64,000 bases of DNA from a virus. Lineage: Duplodnaviria; Caudoviricetes. The notes beneath the pieces are model-generated. The model worked only from the letters and a program-made list of their open reading frames with translations. It did not search any database and was not told the origin of the DNA. The stretch spans positions 53,387 through 117,386 of the IMG/VR virus record IMGVR_UViG_2894787282_000001; one strand, 5' to 3'. Below are positions 27,814 through 36,962 of the stretch, piece after piece (position 1 is the stretch's first letter; each line of letters opens with the position of its first letter). A program made the position numbers and the translations under genes.

Positions 27814-28132
27814 TGAATACCTCCGGTCCATGCTGGATGGCGCTTTCCAGAACGACAGTAAAGCCCAGCATGCCAGCCAGCCAGCGCTCAATACGGGCAC
27901 CGCGTGAACCGCGCCAGCCCGGCAGCAGAGCGACAACATCACATGTCACCAGCTGACGGATGGCCAAGCGCATGTAGCCGAGCCAGGTGCCGCATTTGGG
28001 GTCCGGGTTCTCAGCAGGGTTTTCAACCTCAAAGCCGAGCGCCCGCAAGCGCTGGGCGGCCGCGTTGAAGGCGGGATAGTTGAACTGGGGCAAACCGGTC
28101 ATTGGGCCTGCGATGTAAACGCGCTTTTTCAT
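27806..28132 (-). CDS. DUF4406-like protein (nucleoside deoxyribosyltransferase-like fold)
   Basis: VYIAGPMTG..FNYPAF..LPGW..SRGARIE. Confidence 0.85.
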   Translation of the reverse strand: MKKRVYIAGPMTGLPQFNYPAFNAAAQRLRALGFEVENPAENPDPKCGTWLGYMRLAIRQLVTCDVVALLPGWRGSRGARIERWLAGMLGFTVVLESAIQHGPEVFNG

Positions 28133-28137
28133 GCAGC

Positions 28138-28323
28138 CTATGCCTTTGCTGCCGCTTCAGCACCGACCAAGGCCAGCGCGAGTTGGCCGGTCACACCCGC
28201 ACTTTCGACGGTTGCCCTGATCTGTTCAGCGATCTGTTTCACCTTCTCTTGGTCTGACGCGGGAAGATCAAAGATGACACCCTTGACCGCCAGCAGAACA
28301 GCGTCGTCGCTCGAATTAGCCAT
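28138..28323 (-). CDS. Hypothetical protein
   Basis: GGAGG SD before MANSSDD. Confidence 0.65.
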   Translation of the reverse strand: MANSSDDAVLLAVKGVIFDLPASDQEKVKQIAEQIRATVESAGVTGQLALALVGAEAAAKA

Positions 28324-28726
28324 GGTGTTCCTCCCGGTCGTCCTGGGCGGCCAGCTTTGAGCGCAGCTCGTAGCCCATGAGTGGCCAGATTTTGTTGACA
28401 GCGTTTTGCCGGGCGATCTTGCGACCAATCTCGGCATCAAAGTTTTCAGGCGATGCGCAGGCCGACTCGCCGGTCACGGTGAAGCCGTTGCGCAGGACAA
28501 GAACGCAGAATGTCAGGAGACTGAGTTGCTGATTCCTTTTTGGAAGGTCTCCTGGGTATGTTCCAAGGCCCTCAGCGGCGAGCCTATTTGCAAACTTCCC
28601 GACGACGCCTTCATCAGCCGTGAAATAGTGCTCGGCGGCAATCGCAGCTTCGATGTCCGCAGGCGTCACACGCGCGGCTGTCTTGCCCTTGGCTTGGATT
28701 TCTTGCTCGATAGATTGGTCAGTCAT
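28316..28726 (-). CDS. Phage Gp49-family protein
   Basis: LTFCVLVLRNGFTVTGESACASPENFDAEIG. Confidence 0.85.
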   Translation of the reverse strand: MTDQSIEQEIQAKGKTAARVTPADIEAAIAAEHYFTADEGVVGKFANRLAAEGLGTYPGDLPKRNQQLSLLTFCVLVLRNGFTVTGESACASPENFDAEIGRKIARQNAVNKIWPLMGYELRSKLAAQDDREEHHG

Positions 28727-28745
28727 GGTGCTCTCCGTTAAAAAA

Positions 28746-30314
28746 TCAGTTGGCCTGCGTGGCAGCGCCGCGCAGGATGGAATAGGTCAAGGCGCGGTCG
28801 ATGACTTCGCGCAGGGATTCGTTGTCCATCTGGCCGACCAGGCCCTCCAGGGCGGTCTGGAACTCGGCCAGGGTTTTGCCTTCGGACTCGAACTGCACCA
28901 GCATCTGGTAGACGGGCGCGATCATGTTGTCTTCGATGGCCTGGTCAGCGGCATCGGCAGCGAGCGCCATGGCTTCGTCTTCTGTCATGCCTGCAGCCTT
29001 GGCAAAGGTGAAACCGGCCACGGCGTTGAAGTCCACCGCTGGCTGACTTGCGTCGCCTGCAGCTGCTGGCTTGTTGCTTGTTACGCCGGAAAGGCGTGCA
29101 GTCAGGGGCAACAAGGCGTCGGCATCATCCACCGCAGGTGGAATATCGAGTTCATTCAGCATGGCCTTGCGTGAGGGTTTAGCACCCATGTTGGCGGCGA
29201 TCTGATAGGTCTCGGCCCGCGCCTTGCCAGCAGCTTCCTGCTTGAAAAACTCCAGTGTTGGCGGCGAGACGCCATCACCGAAGTTGAACAAGGTGATCCA
29301 CTTGAAAATCTGCGCCATGCTGGCCGCCGAGATATCGCGGTCAGAGTCATGCACCGAGTTCTGCCGATCCATCGCTGTCTCTGCAGCAGCGCGGGCACCT
29401 ACGTCGAGCTGCTCGCCGATCATGGCCTGGCTGGTGAGCGCCTTGCTCATTTCACGGTTGCACAAAGTGATCAAATTTTGCTGTGGCAGATTGCTGCCAC
29501 CACCTGTGGGCGTCAACAGCTCCAGACCAGTGCCTACCTCTGTCACCACATAACCGGCTTCAATCATCCCGGCCAGTGCATCGGCCAGTTTGTCCTGATC
29601 TTCTTCACTGGTGCCAGCCGGATAGCGCTCCACGGGCCAAGGCAGGCCGTGGCGCTCGCAGTACTTGACGAAATACCGCCAGCCACCGGTCTTGAAGGTC
29701 CAGGGCCAAAAGCAGCTCGAAAGCAAGGCCATGCCATAGGGGTTGTCAGTGGTGGGCATGTGCCGGGACACCACAAACTGATACGGCTCGACCGGCGCGC
29801 CCTGCCACTGGTCGCGTGAGATCAGCAGCGGCGCGCCATAGGCATCGAAGCGAAAGCGCCGACCTGGGCGGTCCAGCACCATGCTGGGCAGGTAATGACC
29901 GTCCACCAGGTCCCAGACTATTTCATGCACCCGGTAACCAGTGAAGATGGAGGCGGTCATTTGCCACATCACCTCCAGCCAGTCAGACACGTCATTGGGT
30001 GCCAGGGACTGCATCCACTTAACACACAGCTCCATGGCCGCTGCGGCCTTGCTGTCGTTGTCACTGCCGGGAGTCAGTCGGTAGTGGTAAGAACGAAAGG
30101 AGCCCCGGATAGAGCGGATTTCGCCCATGACATGGGCGTCGGCCATGATGGAGTAGTAGACCTTTTCCGCCTGGCCCATCTCGCGCAGGATGGGGTCGGG
30201 GTTGGGCAGCGAGAACATCGTGCCAAAGTACTTTTGCGGGTCGGTATCAGGCCCTGCGATGGGCTTGCCGAGCCAGCCTTTCATTGTTTGAACTAGGCCG
30301 CGTGTAGAAATCAT
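28746..30314 (-). CDS. Portal protein (Mu gp29/DUF935-like)
   Basis: NPYG.ALL..CFWPW.FK..ERHGLP; position after TerL. Confidence 0.88.
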   Translation of the reverse strand: MISTRGLVQTMKGWLGKPIAGPDTDPQKYFGTMFSLPNPDPILREMGQAEKVYYSIMADAHVMGEIRSIRGSFRSYHYRLTPGSDNDSKAAAAMELCVKWMQSLAPNDVSDWLEVMWQMTASIFTGYRVHEIVWDLVDGHYLPSMVLDRPGRRFRFDAYGAPLLISRDQWQGAPVEPYQFVVSRHMPTTDNPYGMALLSSCFWPWTFKTGGWRYFVKYCERHGLPWPVERYPAGTSEEDQDKLADALAGMIEAGYVVTEVGTGLELLTPTGGGSNLPQQNLITLCNREMSKALTSQAMIGEQLDVGARAAAETAMDRQNSVHDSDRDISAASMAQIFKWITLFNFGDGVSPPTLEFFKQEAAGKARAETYQIAANMGAKPSRKAMLNELDIPPAVDDADALLPLTARLSGVTSNKPAAAGDASQPAVDFNAVAGFTFAKAAGMTEDEAMALAADAADQAIEDNMIAPVYQMLVQFESEGKTLAEFQTALEGLVGQMDNESLREVIDRALTYSILRGAATQAN

Positions 30315-31903
30315 TTTCTTTTTCCAGTTCTGATTTTGGGAATGCCCCCGGCGCTCTTTTGAAAGAGCTTCCAGAGCATTTGCAGACCATCGGGACCGTC
30401 GTCATGTGCGGCCTCTGGGTAGTGCTTCACGTTGTCGTTGAAGACGGTGTGGCGCTGGTTGAAAAGGATCAGGCCGTTATTGACGTGCGGCGCGACACCT
30501 TCGATCAGGATGTCTTTGTCCCGGTCGTTGTGGATGCCTACGGCGGGCACCGGAACAAATAGCTTCGCCGACTCTTTGACGATTTGCTGCCTGAAATACT
30601 CCTGGAAGGCAGTGTCTTCAATGCCCCAAGTGATGCATCGGTATTCGCGCTGAAAGTCGATGATCTTTTCGATCTGCTTATCAGGTTTGATGCGGGCGAG
30701 AATGGCTTCAACGATATGCAGCTTCAACTCGTTACGAGGAGAGGCACCAACCAAGATGCAGCAGGGGTCGCCCTTTCGAGCGCTGCGTCCCATGCTGGGG
30801 TCATCAACACCGCGATAAATCCACTCACGTTTGATTTCAAACCAGAACTGCATTCCCGTGAAGATCGCGTTCTCTTCATTTGATGGGTCGTTCTGATACT
30901 CGCAGTCAAAGGCGTGGTGATCGCTGGCCCGAATCTTCATCAGGCGCAATAGTGGGCGAACGGTGGGCCAGCTGACCACGGCGCCCTGGTCCATATCTTT
31001 CTTGCGAGTTGCGTAGTAGGCGTCCGCAGCTTCCTCGCCTTCGCTTTTGAAGACGTCTTCCCATTCTTGCCATAAATCCATGCGGTCAGGCCAGCGCACG
31101 ATAGCCTTGAACTTGAACCGCTTCCACATAGGGTTTTGGTGGAAGCGGTTCGCCACTGAGTCGTGGTGCAAGATGGTGTTGAGGTACAGGATGTGCATGG
31201 AACCATCGGGCGGCCCCAGCGGCATCACCACTTTCTTGACCCATGCCTCGGTCTTGTCGCGTTGCTCTTTTGAGCGGACGTTTTCATCGTTTTCGATATC
31301 GTCCAAAGTGACAAAGCCAGGGCGGTGTGGGCCGTGGCGCAGGCCACGCATTTTCTTGCCGGAGCCGAATGCTTGAACCTTGCGGCCATTGGCTGTAACG
31401 ATCACGCCTGCATTCCACACTCGACCACGACCACAGGCATTGGGGAAGTCCATAGCCAAACGTGGGTTGCTCTCCAGCTCTGCCTTGATGGCTTCCAACA
31501 TGGTGGCGGCCTGGTCAAAACTGTCCATGACGATGGGCAGGAACCACTGACGCTCGGTCACCACAAGCCACAAGTTGATCAGCTGCGTACCCAATGTTGA
31601 CTTCGCCTCACCACGCGGGGCAGACACTTCGATGAGCTGGCCGACCTTCATATCCAACATGGGTGGCACGTTGTCATAGAACCAGCGATGAAAGACAGAC
31701 GGATCGCCCTTGATGTAGTGCGGGAAGTAGGTCTTGCCGAAGAACTCGAAGTCGTTCTGTGCGCGGCTGGCCCGTTGATCACGTGCCGCATGGTCCGTAG
31801 AGAAACCGTCGCACTCGGCTGCAATCAGGCGGCGCTGTTCGTCTGCAAAGGCGCGCAGCTCTTCCAGGAACTCTTTGTCCTTGAGGCGTTTTTGCTTTGC
31901 CAT
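30311..31903 (-). CDS. Terminase large subunit (Mu gp28-like)
   Basis: APRGEAKST, LDDIEND, EYQN, HDDGPD. Confidence 0.92.
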   Translation of the reverse strand: MAKQKRLKDKEFLEELRAFADEQRRLIAAECDGFSTDHAARDQRASRAQNDFEFFGKTYFPHYIKGDPSVFHRWFYDNVPPMLDMKVGQLIEVSAPRGEAKSTLGTQLINLWLVVTERQWFLPIVMDSFDQAATMLEAIKAELESNPRLAMDFPNACGRGRVWNAGVIVTANGRKVQAFGSGKKMRGLRHGPHRPGFVTLDDIENDENVRSKEQRDKTEAWVKKVVMPLGPPDGSMHILYLNTILHHDSVANRFHQNPMWKRFKFKAIVRWPDRMDLWQEWEDVFKSEGEEAADAYYATRKKDMDQGAVVSWPTVRPLLRLMKIRASDHHAFDCEYQNDPSNEENAIFTGMQFWFEIKREWIYRGVDDPSMGRSARKGDPCCILVGASPRNELKLHIVEAILARIKPDKQIEKIIDFQREYRCITWGIEDTAFQEYFRQQIVKESAKLFVPVPAVGIHNDRDKDILIEGVAPHVNNGLILFNQRHTVFNDNVKHYPEAAHDDGPDGLQMLWKLFQKSAGGIPKIRTGKRK

Positions 31904-32412
31904 CAGGCACCGCCTCCACTGAACTCGCGCACAAAGTCGTCTGCTGCGGCTTCGGTGATTTCAATGAACTGTTCGCGCAGCTTGGGGTAGCGGCCCGCAA
32001 TGAACACGCTCAGGAACTTGACCACGTCCATGGCCACGGCCAGGCGGTTGGCGTTGGGCATGGCCCGGCTGGCGGCGCCGATGGCCTTGTTGTAACCGTC
32101 CATCAGGCGCACCATGATGTCGGCGCGCTTGTCGGCAGGCATCTTGGGGTCTTTCTTAACGGCTTCCAGTGTGGCCAGGAACTGCTCGGCGAGTTCGCCC
32201 AACACCTCGTTGGCCATGTCTTCCACACCGCTCTTGGTCATGCGCCTGGCGTTGCGCGTCAAGTCCCAGTCGTTGCCGTCGTCAGCGTCCTGGCGCTTCC
32301 AGTTGCGGGCGGTGTTGTAGGGCACCTTGCACGCTTCGGCAGCGGTGGCCAGGGGCAGGCCCTGCACGTACTTGGCGCGCACCTTGTTGCGGGTGGAACG
32401 TTCGTAAGCCAT
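31903..32412 (-). CDS. DUF1804-like protein, probable terminase small subunit
   Basis: N-terminal HTH (TARNWKR..GNDWD); directly upstream of TerL. Confidence 0.8.
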   Translation of the reverse strand: MAYERSTRNKVRAKYVQGLPLATAAEACKVPYNTARNWKRQDADDGNDWDLTRNARRMTKSGVEDMANEVLGELAEQFLATLEAVKKDPKMPADKRADIMVRLMDGYNKAIGAASRAMPNANRLAVAMDVVKFLSVFIAGRYPKLREQFIEITEAAADDFVREFSGGGA

Positions 32413-32415
32413 TGA

Positions 32416-32703
32416 TCAGTGCCCCAGGCCCCGCATTGCTGCGATACCTGCTGCCACGATGGCCCCCGCCAGAGCGCCGGTGCCAGCGGCGCGGATCGCG
32501 GTGCCGCGTTCATTCGCCTCCAGCGTAGTCAAACGGCTTTTGACATCATCAAATTGGACGCCTACCGACTTGCTCAAATCTTCAATACGCGTTTGCGTGG
32601 CAAGATGATTTTGCTGTAGCAGTGCCGTCATAGCGGTGAGTTGCCCCTTGACCTGGCCCATTTCAACCAGCAAGGCATTGGCTACAGCGGTGGGGTCACT
32701 CAT
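32416..32703 (-). CDS. Coiled-coil protein with C-terminal membrane anchor
   Basis: Hydrophobic C-terminus; lysis-packaging operon. Confidence 0.7.
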   Translation of the reverse strand: MSDPTAVANALLVEMGQVKGQLTAMTALLQQNHLATQTRIEDLSKSVGVQFDDVKSRLTTLEANERGTAIRAAGTGALAGAIVAAGIAAMRGLGH

Positions 32704-32923
32704 GATTTCTTCCTTTTAGCTTTTCAAAAATGGTTTGGCAGGTGACACACCTGATGGCGTTGGGTGCCGCTTTGCGGCGCTCGCGCGGGATCGGTTCGCG
32801 GCAGTCTTCACAGCGGGCTTTGCCTTTTCCCTGCAGTGCACGGCGCGCGGCGGATAGACCATCGTCACGGCGGCTTTGCTCCAGGGCGGCGGCTTGTTCA
32901 TGAAACTTTTCATCCACAGACAC
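32696..32923 (-). CDS. TraR/DksA C4 zinc-finger protein
   Basis: CEDCREPIPRERR.A.P.AIRCVTCQ. Confidence 0.88.
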   Translation of the reverse strand: MSVDEKFHEQAAALEQSRRDDGLSAARRALQGKGKARCEDCREPIPRERRKAAPNAIRCVTCQTIFEKLKGRNHE

Positions 32924-32928
32924 GGCTC

Positions 32929-33213
32929 CTAGCGATCTGCTTCAAACTTGATGCAGATGTCATGGTTGATCTCCAGGAAGGACAGCAGGTTGCACATCTG
33001 CTGAGCCAGCAGGTGATAGGCCCGCGCTGTGGCCAGGTGGTTTGATTCCAAGTCCCGCATCTGGCCGGAGTCCGGGGGTGGCAACGGCTGGGGCGGTGCT
33101 GTCAGGCTGGCCGGGGGCGGCACCTTCGGTGGTGTGCCCGGCGTTGGCGTCGGCCCAACGGCGCAAGCGCTCAGCAGGCAGCACGCAACTATCGACAGGG
33201 TCAGCAGGCGCAT
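32929..33213 (-). CDS. o-spanin (Rz1-like lipoprotein)
   Basis: Lipobox LSAC, Pro-rich, overlaps i-spanin in another frame. Confidence 0.8.
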   Translation of the reverse strand: MRLLTLSIVACCLLSACAVGPTPTPGTPPKVPPPASLTAPPQPLPPPDSGQMRDLESNHLATARAYHLLAQQMCNLLSFLEINHDICIKFEADR

Positions 33214-33472
33214 GATCTTGGTCCTTGGCAAGTTGATTGAAAAAAGTGTTGACGGCGACACGCCCGCGTTCCTGGCGGGTGCCCACAACATCGGCGCGCT
33301 TGATCACGGCCTGGGTGTCGGCCTTTTGGGTGGCTTCGGCCTTTTCATTGACCTTCAGCTGGGCGGCTTCGCAGGTGGTTTGACCACTGGAGGCACCGAG
33401 GTCATAGACATATAGGAGCGCTGCCATGAATGCGATGGTCGCCAGGGCGAGATAGATGGCTGAGCGGATCAT
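32960..33472 (-). CDS. i-spanin (Rz-like)
   Basis: N-terminal TM then coiled coil; follows endolysin. Confidence 0.8.
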   Translation of the reverse strand: MIRSAIYLALATIAFMAALLYVYDLGASSGQTTCEAAQLKVNEKAEATQKADTQAVIKRADVVGTRQERGRVAVNTFFNQLAKDQDHAPADPVDSCVLPAERLRRWADANAGHTTEGAAPGQPDSTAPAVATPGLRPDAGLGIKPPGHSAGLSPAGSADVQPAVLPGDQP

Positions 33473-34089
33473 GCGCAGCTCCTGGTGCCCCAGCTGGCGT
33501 ACAGCGGCTCAAACTTGCGCAGGATCACCACGGGGTAATGCTGGTTTTCTGCCTGGCTGGCTTGCGCCACGCCGGGGTTGAGGTTGCAGGTGCGGTCCAG
33601 GCACACGCCCGGTGTCGGGCTGATCTTCTGGCGCTTGTAAACCCACCCCAAGCCGCCGTTGTAGGCGCTGAGGGTGAAGGCCATTCGCTCACAGTCGTTC
33701 GCCGCCTTGATGCGGTCAGACAGCCACTTGTCATAGGTAACCAGGGCGCGCAAGGCCCATGTGGGGTTGGTGGGGGCGCGCTCGCCCAGGCTGGCGTAGA
33801 GGCCACTGATCCAGGTGCTGGTGGCGGGCATGAACTGCGCGAGGCCGACAGCGCCAACCGGGCTGCGCGCAGACTCACGCCAACGGCTCTCCTGGTGCAC
33901 CTGGGCCGCAAAGGTGGCAATCGGCGCATTCAGGCCCCAGACGTGCTGGGCCTCGCGCTTGAGGGTGAGCTGATGGCGGTGAGCGTCACGCGGGATAGCT
34001 TGAGCCATGGCCACAGACAGACAAGCGCCCGCCACGAAGAGCAGCATGCCGACATGCACCCAGATGGCCAGGCGAGTGATCGGCCGCAT
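33469..34089 (-). CDS. Endolysin, SLT lytic transglycosylase
   Basis: QVHQES..GAVGLAQFMP..AYNGG; hydrophobic N-terminal signal/SAR. Confidence 0.9.
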   Translation of the reverse strand: MRPITRLAIWVHVGMLLFVAGACLSVAMAQAIPRDAHRHQLTLKREAQHVWGLNAPIATFAAQVHQESRWRESARSPVGAVGLAQFMPATSTWISGLYASLGERAPTNPTWALRALVTYDKWLSDRIKAANDCERMAFTLSAYNGGLGWVYKRQKISPTPGVCLDRTCNLNPGVAQASQAENQHYPVVILRKFEPLYASWGTRSCA

Positions 34090-34090
34090 G

Positions 34091-34435
34091 TCAGGCCCCC
34101 AGGCCAACGCAGATCAGACAGGCCGCGACGATGATGGCGCGGCGCAGCATGGACTGACTGAACGTGCCGCCATGACAAACAGCCGTAGCAAATTCACCCG
34201 GCAGATCATCCGGTTCCGGCGTGTCGTCTATCTCCAGGTACTGATGCGGGCGGTCATAAGGGAACAGGCAGCGGTCAAGCCAGTAGCCACCCCAGCCGCC
34301 CAAGGCCATGAGGTGTGATTTGTAGACGGTGACGGCCAATAGGCTGCCGGGCTGAGATTGCTGCAGAAAGAGGCTCAAAACCATCAACAGCAGCATGAGC
34401 ACCAGAAAGACCAACATGCGCGGGATCGCAAACAT
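34091..34435 (-). CDS. Putative holin
   Basis: TM segments, GYWLDR.LFPY.RP, RRAIIV; first gene of lysis cassette. Confidence 0.8.
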   Translation of the reverse strand: MFAIPRMLVFLVLMLLLMVLSLFLQQSQPGSLLAVTVYKSHLMALGGWGGYWLDRCLFPYDRPHQYLEIDDTPEPDDLPGEFATAVCHGGTFSQSMLRRAIIVAACLICVGLGA

Positions 34436-34479
34436 AGAGAACTCCAGACGTAAAAAAGGACTACTAAAAAAGTAGTCCC

Positions 34480-34524
34480 AGTGTCTGGATTCAGGGCATT
34501 CAGGTCATGGTGAACTGGTTCACC
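34480..34524 (-). promoter_or_regulatory. Activator-dependent late promoter (lysis/packaging operon)
   Basis: GGTGAA-CCAG-TTCACC, 23 nt, GACACT. Confidence 0.75.
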
Positions 34525-34678
34525 GTGCGGGAAATCGCGCACGCGCGAAGAATGCGGGGCATGATCAAACCTCTACCTCGATTGCGCCATGATTGATGCT
34601 ATCCGAGAGTATTTTGCAGGTCACCCTGTCGCCTATGGGATTTTGATTGGGGTGCTGGTGCGCCACACGCTGGGCAGT

Positions 34679-34885
34679 TTATTTCAGAGCAAGGTAGGCA
34701 AGGAAAAGGCCTGCAATGGCAAGAGTCGCGTTAAATACATTCCATGACCAAACCAGACGCACTTCTCGCACCACCCTGTGTGCCAGGGTTGCTGTCCAGT
34801 GCCAACGCACCGCCATTACCACGCCACCATCAGAGCGTTGATGCCTCTCGGGTCTACCGCGCCACCAGCGCTTGATTGGGTTCAT
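34679..34885 (-). CDS. Small membrane protein in repressor operon
   Basis: ATGA overlap; C-terminal TM. Confidence 0.55.
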   Translation of the reverse strand: MNPIKRWWRGRPERHQRSDGGVVMAVRWHWTATLAHRVVREVRLVWSWNVFNATLAIAGLFLAYLALK

Positions 34886-35430
34886 TCAGCCTTTTTGCGC
34901 CTCGGTTTTGGTGGCGGCAAATTGGCAATCGCCTCGCGCACGATTTGATCAATGCTCTCTTTTTGCTTAGCTCGCGCAGTTTCGTCAATTGGAAACGGAA
35001 GCGCATCGAACATTGCAGTCTGGTTGGTGCGAACAACTTCTGCCCGACTTTCCAGAGTCTTTAAGTTCTTGGTTTTTTCGATGATCTGGAGACTCTCGTT
35101 AATGATTTGCAGGTGTCGTGCGGATTCAGCAAATGCCGGGTAGCGATCAAGTACTTCCTGCATGGCCAGCTTGGAAGCCGGATAGCCTTCTGCTGTGGTG
35201 ATGAGCATTGCCACTTCGGAAAACTGCTCGCGGTACTGATCCTCACGAACTAGCTTGATGCCGCCTTGTAGCGAAAAAGTGCCTTCGGTAAGTTGCTGTT
35301 TTATTGCACCCGCCACGCGGGTTTCTGCGGTGTCCGCAGGGTTGAAAACACGCACCTCCAGGCGACTGCGCCTGTAGCCCCACATGAGCCAGGCCAAAAC
35401 GAGCAAACCCAGGGTTATTGCCCACCCCAT
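34882..35430 (-). CDS. Membrane-anchored hypothetical protein in repressor operon
   Basis: N-terminal TM; starts 3 nt after repressor stop; lower GC. Confidence 0.75.
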   Translation of the reverse strand: MGWAITLGLLVLAWLMWGYRRSRLEVRVFNPADTAETRVAGAIKQQLTEGTFSLQGGIKLVREDQYREQFSEVAMLITTAEGYPASKLAMQEVLDRYPAFAESARHLQIINESLQIIEKTKNLKTLESRAEVVRTNQTAMFDALPFPIDETARAKQKESIDQIVREAIANLPPPKPRRKKAE

Positions 35431-35433
35431 GGC

Positions 35434-35997
35434 TCACGCTCTCTTTTTGCTGTCTGTCTTGATTTTCGGTTGCGGAACCACCCAATCATTCTTTGATTCA
35501 TTGTCTTCTGCAGGTGTGTTCTTCTTCACGCGAGGTTTAACCGGGGCGGCTTCGGGCGATGGCGCCACCGCAGCTCTGGCGGCCTCACGGTTGGGCCTGT
35601 AATCAGCGACCAAGTCAATCGTCACATCATCTGAAGGCGCTGGCGCAACCGGGTTGTAGGCCGTGACATTGGCAGCCATGCCCGATGCTTGGCGGATGAA
35701 TTCTTTGCCCACCGCAGGGGCCTTGCGGTAGGCCTCAATCAGAGCGCGTTCGTCTTGCGAAAGCTCACTGGATTCAGATGTCTCGCCAGTGACCAAGTAA
35801 ACCAAGTCAATAGGCGACTGGAGCTGCTTGAAGTGCCCATAAAGATTCTGCAAATACGAAATGTCCGGAAGGCGCTCGCCGGCCTCGTAGTTCTGTTGGC
35901 CGCGTTTGCTAACGCCCCCCAGCGTTCCCATCGCTTCTTGGCTTTGCATTTTTTCTACACGAAGTGTCCGCAGACGCTCAGAAAAAGAAACACTCAT
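35434..35997 (-). CDS. Prophage repressor (XRE HTH)
   Basis: ERLRTLR..SQEAMG..GVSKRGQQNYEAGERLPD; divergent from ner-like gene. Confidence 0.88.
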   Translation of the reverse strand: MSVSFSERLRTLRVEKMQSQEAMGTLGGVSKRGQQNYEAGERLPDISYLQNLYGHFKQLQSPIDLVYLVTGETSESSELSQDERALIEAYRKAPAVGKEFIRQASGMAANVTAYNPVAPAPSDDVTIDLVADYRPNREAARAAVAPSPEAAPVKPRVKKNTPAEDNESKNDWVVPQPKIKTDSKKRA

Positions 35998-36012
35998 TTT
36001 TGCATCTTTCTA

Positions 36013-36041
36013 TTGAAAAGCACTCAAACGTGCGCTATAGT
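36013..36041 (+). promoter_or_regulatory. Sigma70 early promoter
   Basis: TTGAAA-17 nt-TATAGT upstream of ner-like gene. Confidence 0.7.
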
Positions 36042-36079
36042 TTCACCATGTTCACAGCGTTTTAGGAAAGGGCAAGAAC

Positions 36080-36310
36080 ATGGAGCCAGCAGATATTAAA
36101 GCAGCAATTGAACGGGCCGGAACGAATCAATCGGCCATCGCCCGTTATCTGGGGGTGACCACGGGGCACATCGCCCAAGTGGTGAACAAGAAGGTGCGCA
36201 GCGCCCGCGTGGAGGCGGAGCTACAGAAGATCACGGGTCGCCCGATTCATGCGCAGAAGGCCAAGCGCGGTCGCCGTATGGCTGTGTGGAATGGGCAGGT
36301 GGCCGTATGA
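36080..36310 (+). CDS. Ner/Cro-like HTH regulator
   Basis: PADIKAAIERAGTNQSAIARYLGVT. Confidence 0.85.
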   Translation: MEPADIKAAIERAGTNQSAIARYLGVTTGHIAQVVNKKVRSARVEAELQKITGRPIHAQKAKRGRRMAVWNGQVAV

Positions 36311-36594
36311 CTGCCGCTGCTCTCCAAGACACCATCAAAGCCCGCCGCGTAACCGGTGGCGCAGTGGTGACCGTGGTCCGTGCTGACGGACGTACCCACC
36401 GCCACCAGGTGAGCCTGCGCCGCTACAGAGCGCTGCGCGGTGCACTGACCGTTCATGACGGTTTGGCAGGCGGCAATTTCACCCATAACGGCTTCGAGTG
36501 CCGACTGCGCGACGTGGCTGGTATGGCCGCGTCACTGCGCTGGGTGAAGCGCAATGCCCCCCGCCTTTTGCGTGGCAATGGGAGGGCAGCATGA
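36307..36594 (+). CDS. Hypothetical early protein
   Basis: ATGA overlaps. Confidence 0.6.
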   Translation: MTAAALQDTIKARRVTGGAVVTVVRADGRTHRHQVSLRRYRALRGALTVHDGLAGGNFTHNGFECRLRDVAGMAASLRWVKRNAPRLLRGNGRAA

Positions 36595-36962
36595 GCGCCG
36601 CCACGACTGAAGGGTTTATGGAAACCTGGCGCGGTATGACCGCTGCAAGCCTGGCTGCGGACCCCGACGATGCCGAGTTGTCCAGGCACATCGCGTGGGC
36701 CAGCCATAGGCGCTTTATGCAAAAAGAAGCCCACCAGTACCTGCACGACTTGCTGGAGGTGTGCCGTGCCGTGCGTGCTGCCGCACAGGCTAAACCTTTG
36801 ACCCCCGGCGAACTGACAGATCTTGAAAGCTGCCTGGCAGATTTTGCTGAAGCGGTGATAGCCGTCACACCGGTGGGTGAGTTGTGGCGGGTTGTGATGC
36901 TGCTGGCCTCTGAGGCGGCTGGCAACAAGGTGGTAACGGGTTTGGAGGTGCAGCATGGCTAA
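36591..36962 (+). CDS. Hypothetical early protein
   Basis: GGAGG SD, ATGA overlap. Confidence 0.65.
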   Translation: MSAATTEGFMETWRGMTAASLAADPDDAELSRHIAWASHRRFMQKEAHQYLHDLLEVCRAVRAAAQAKPLTPGELTDLESCLADFAEAVIAVTPVGELWRVVMLLASEAAGNKVVTGLEVQHG

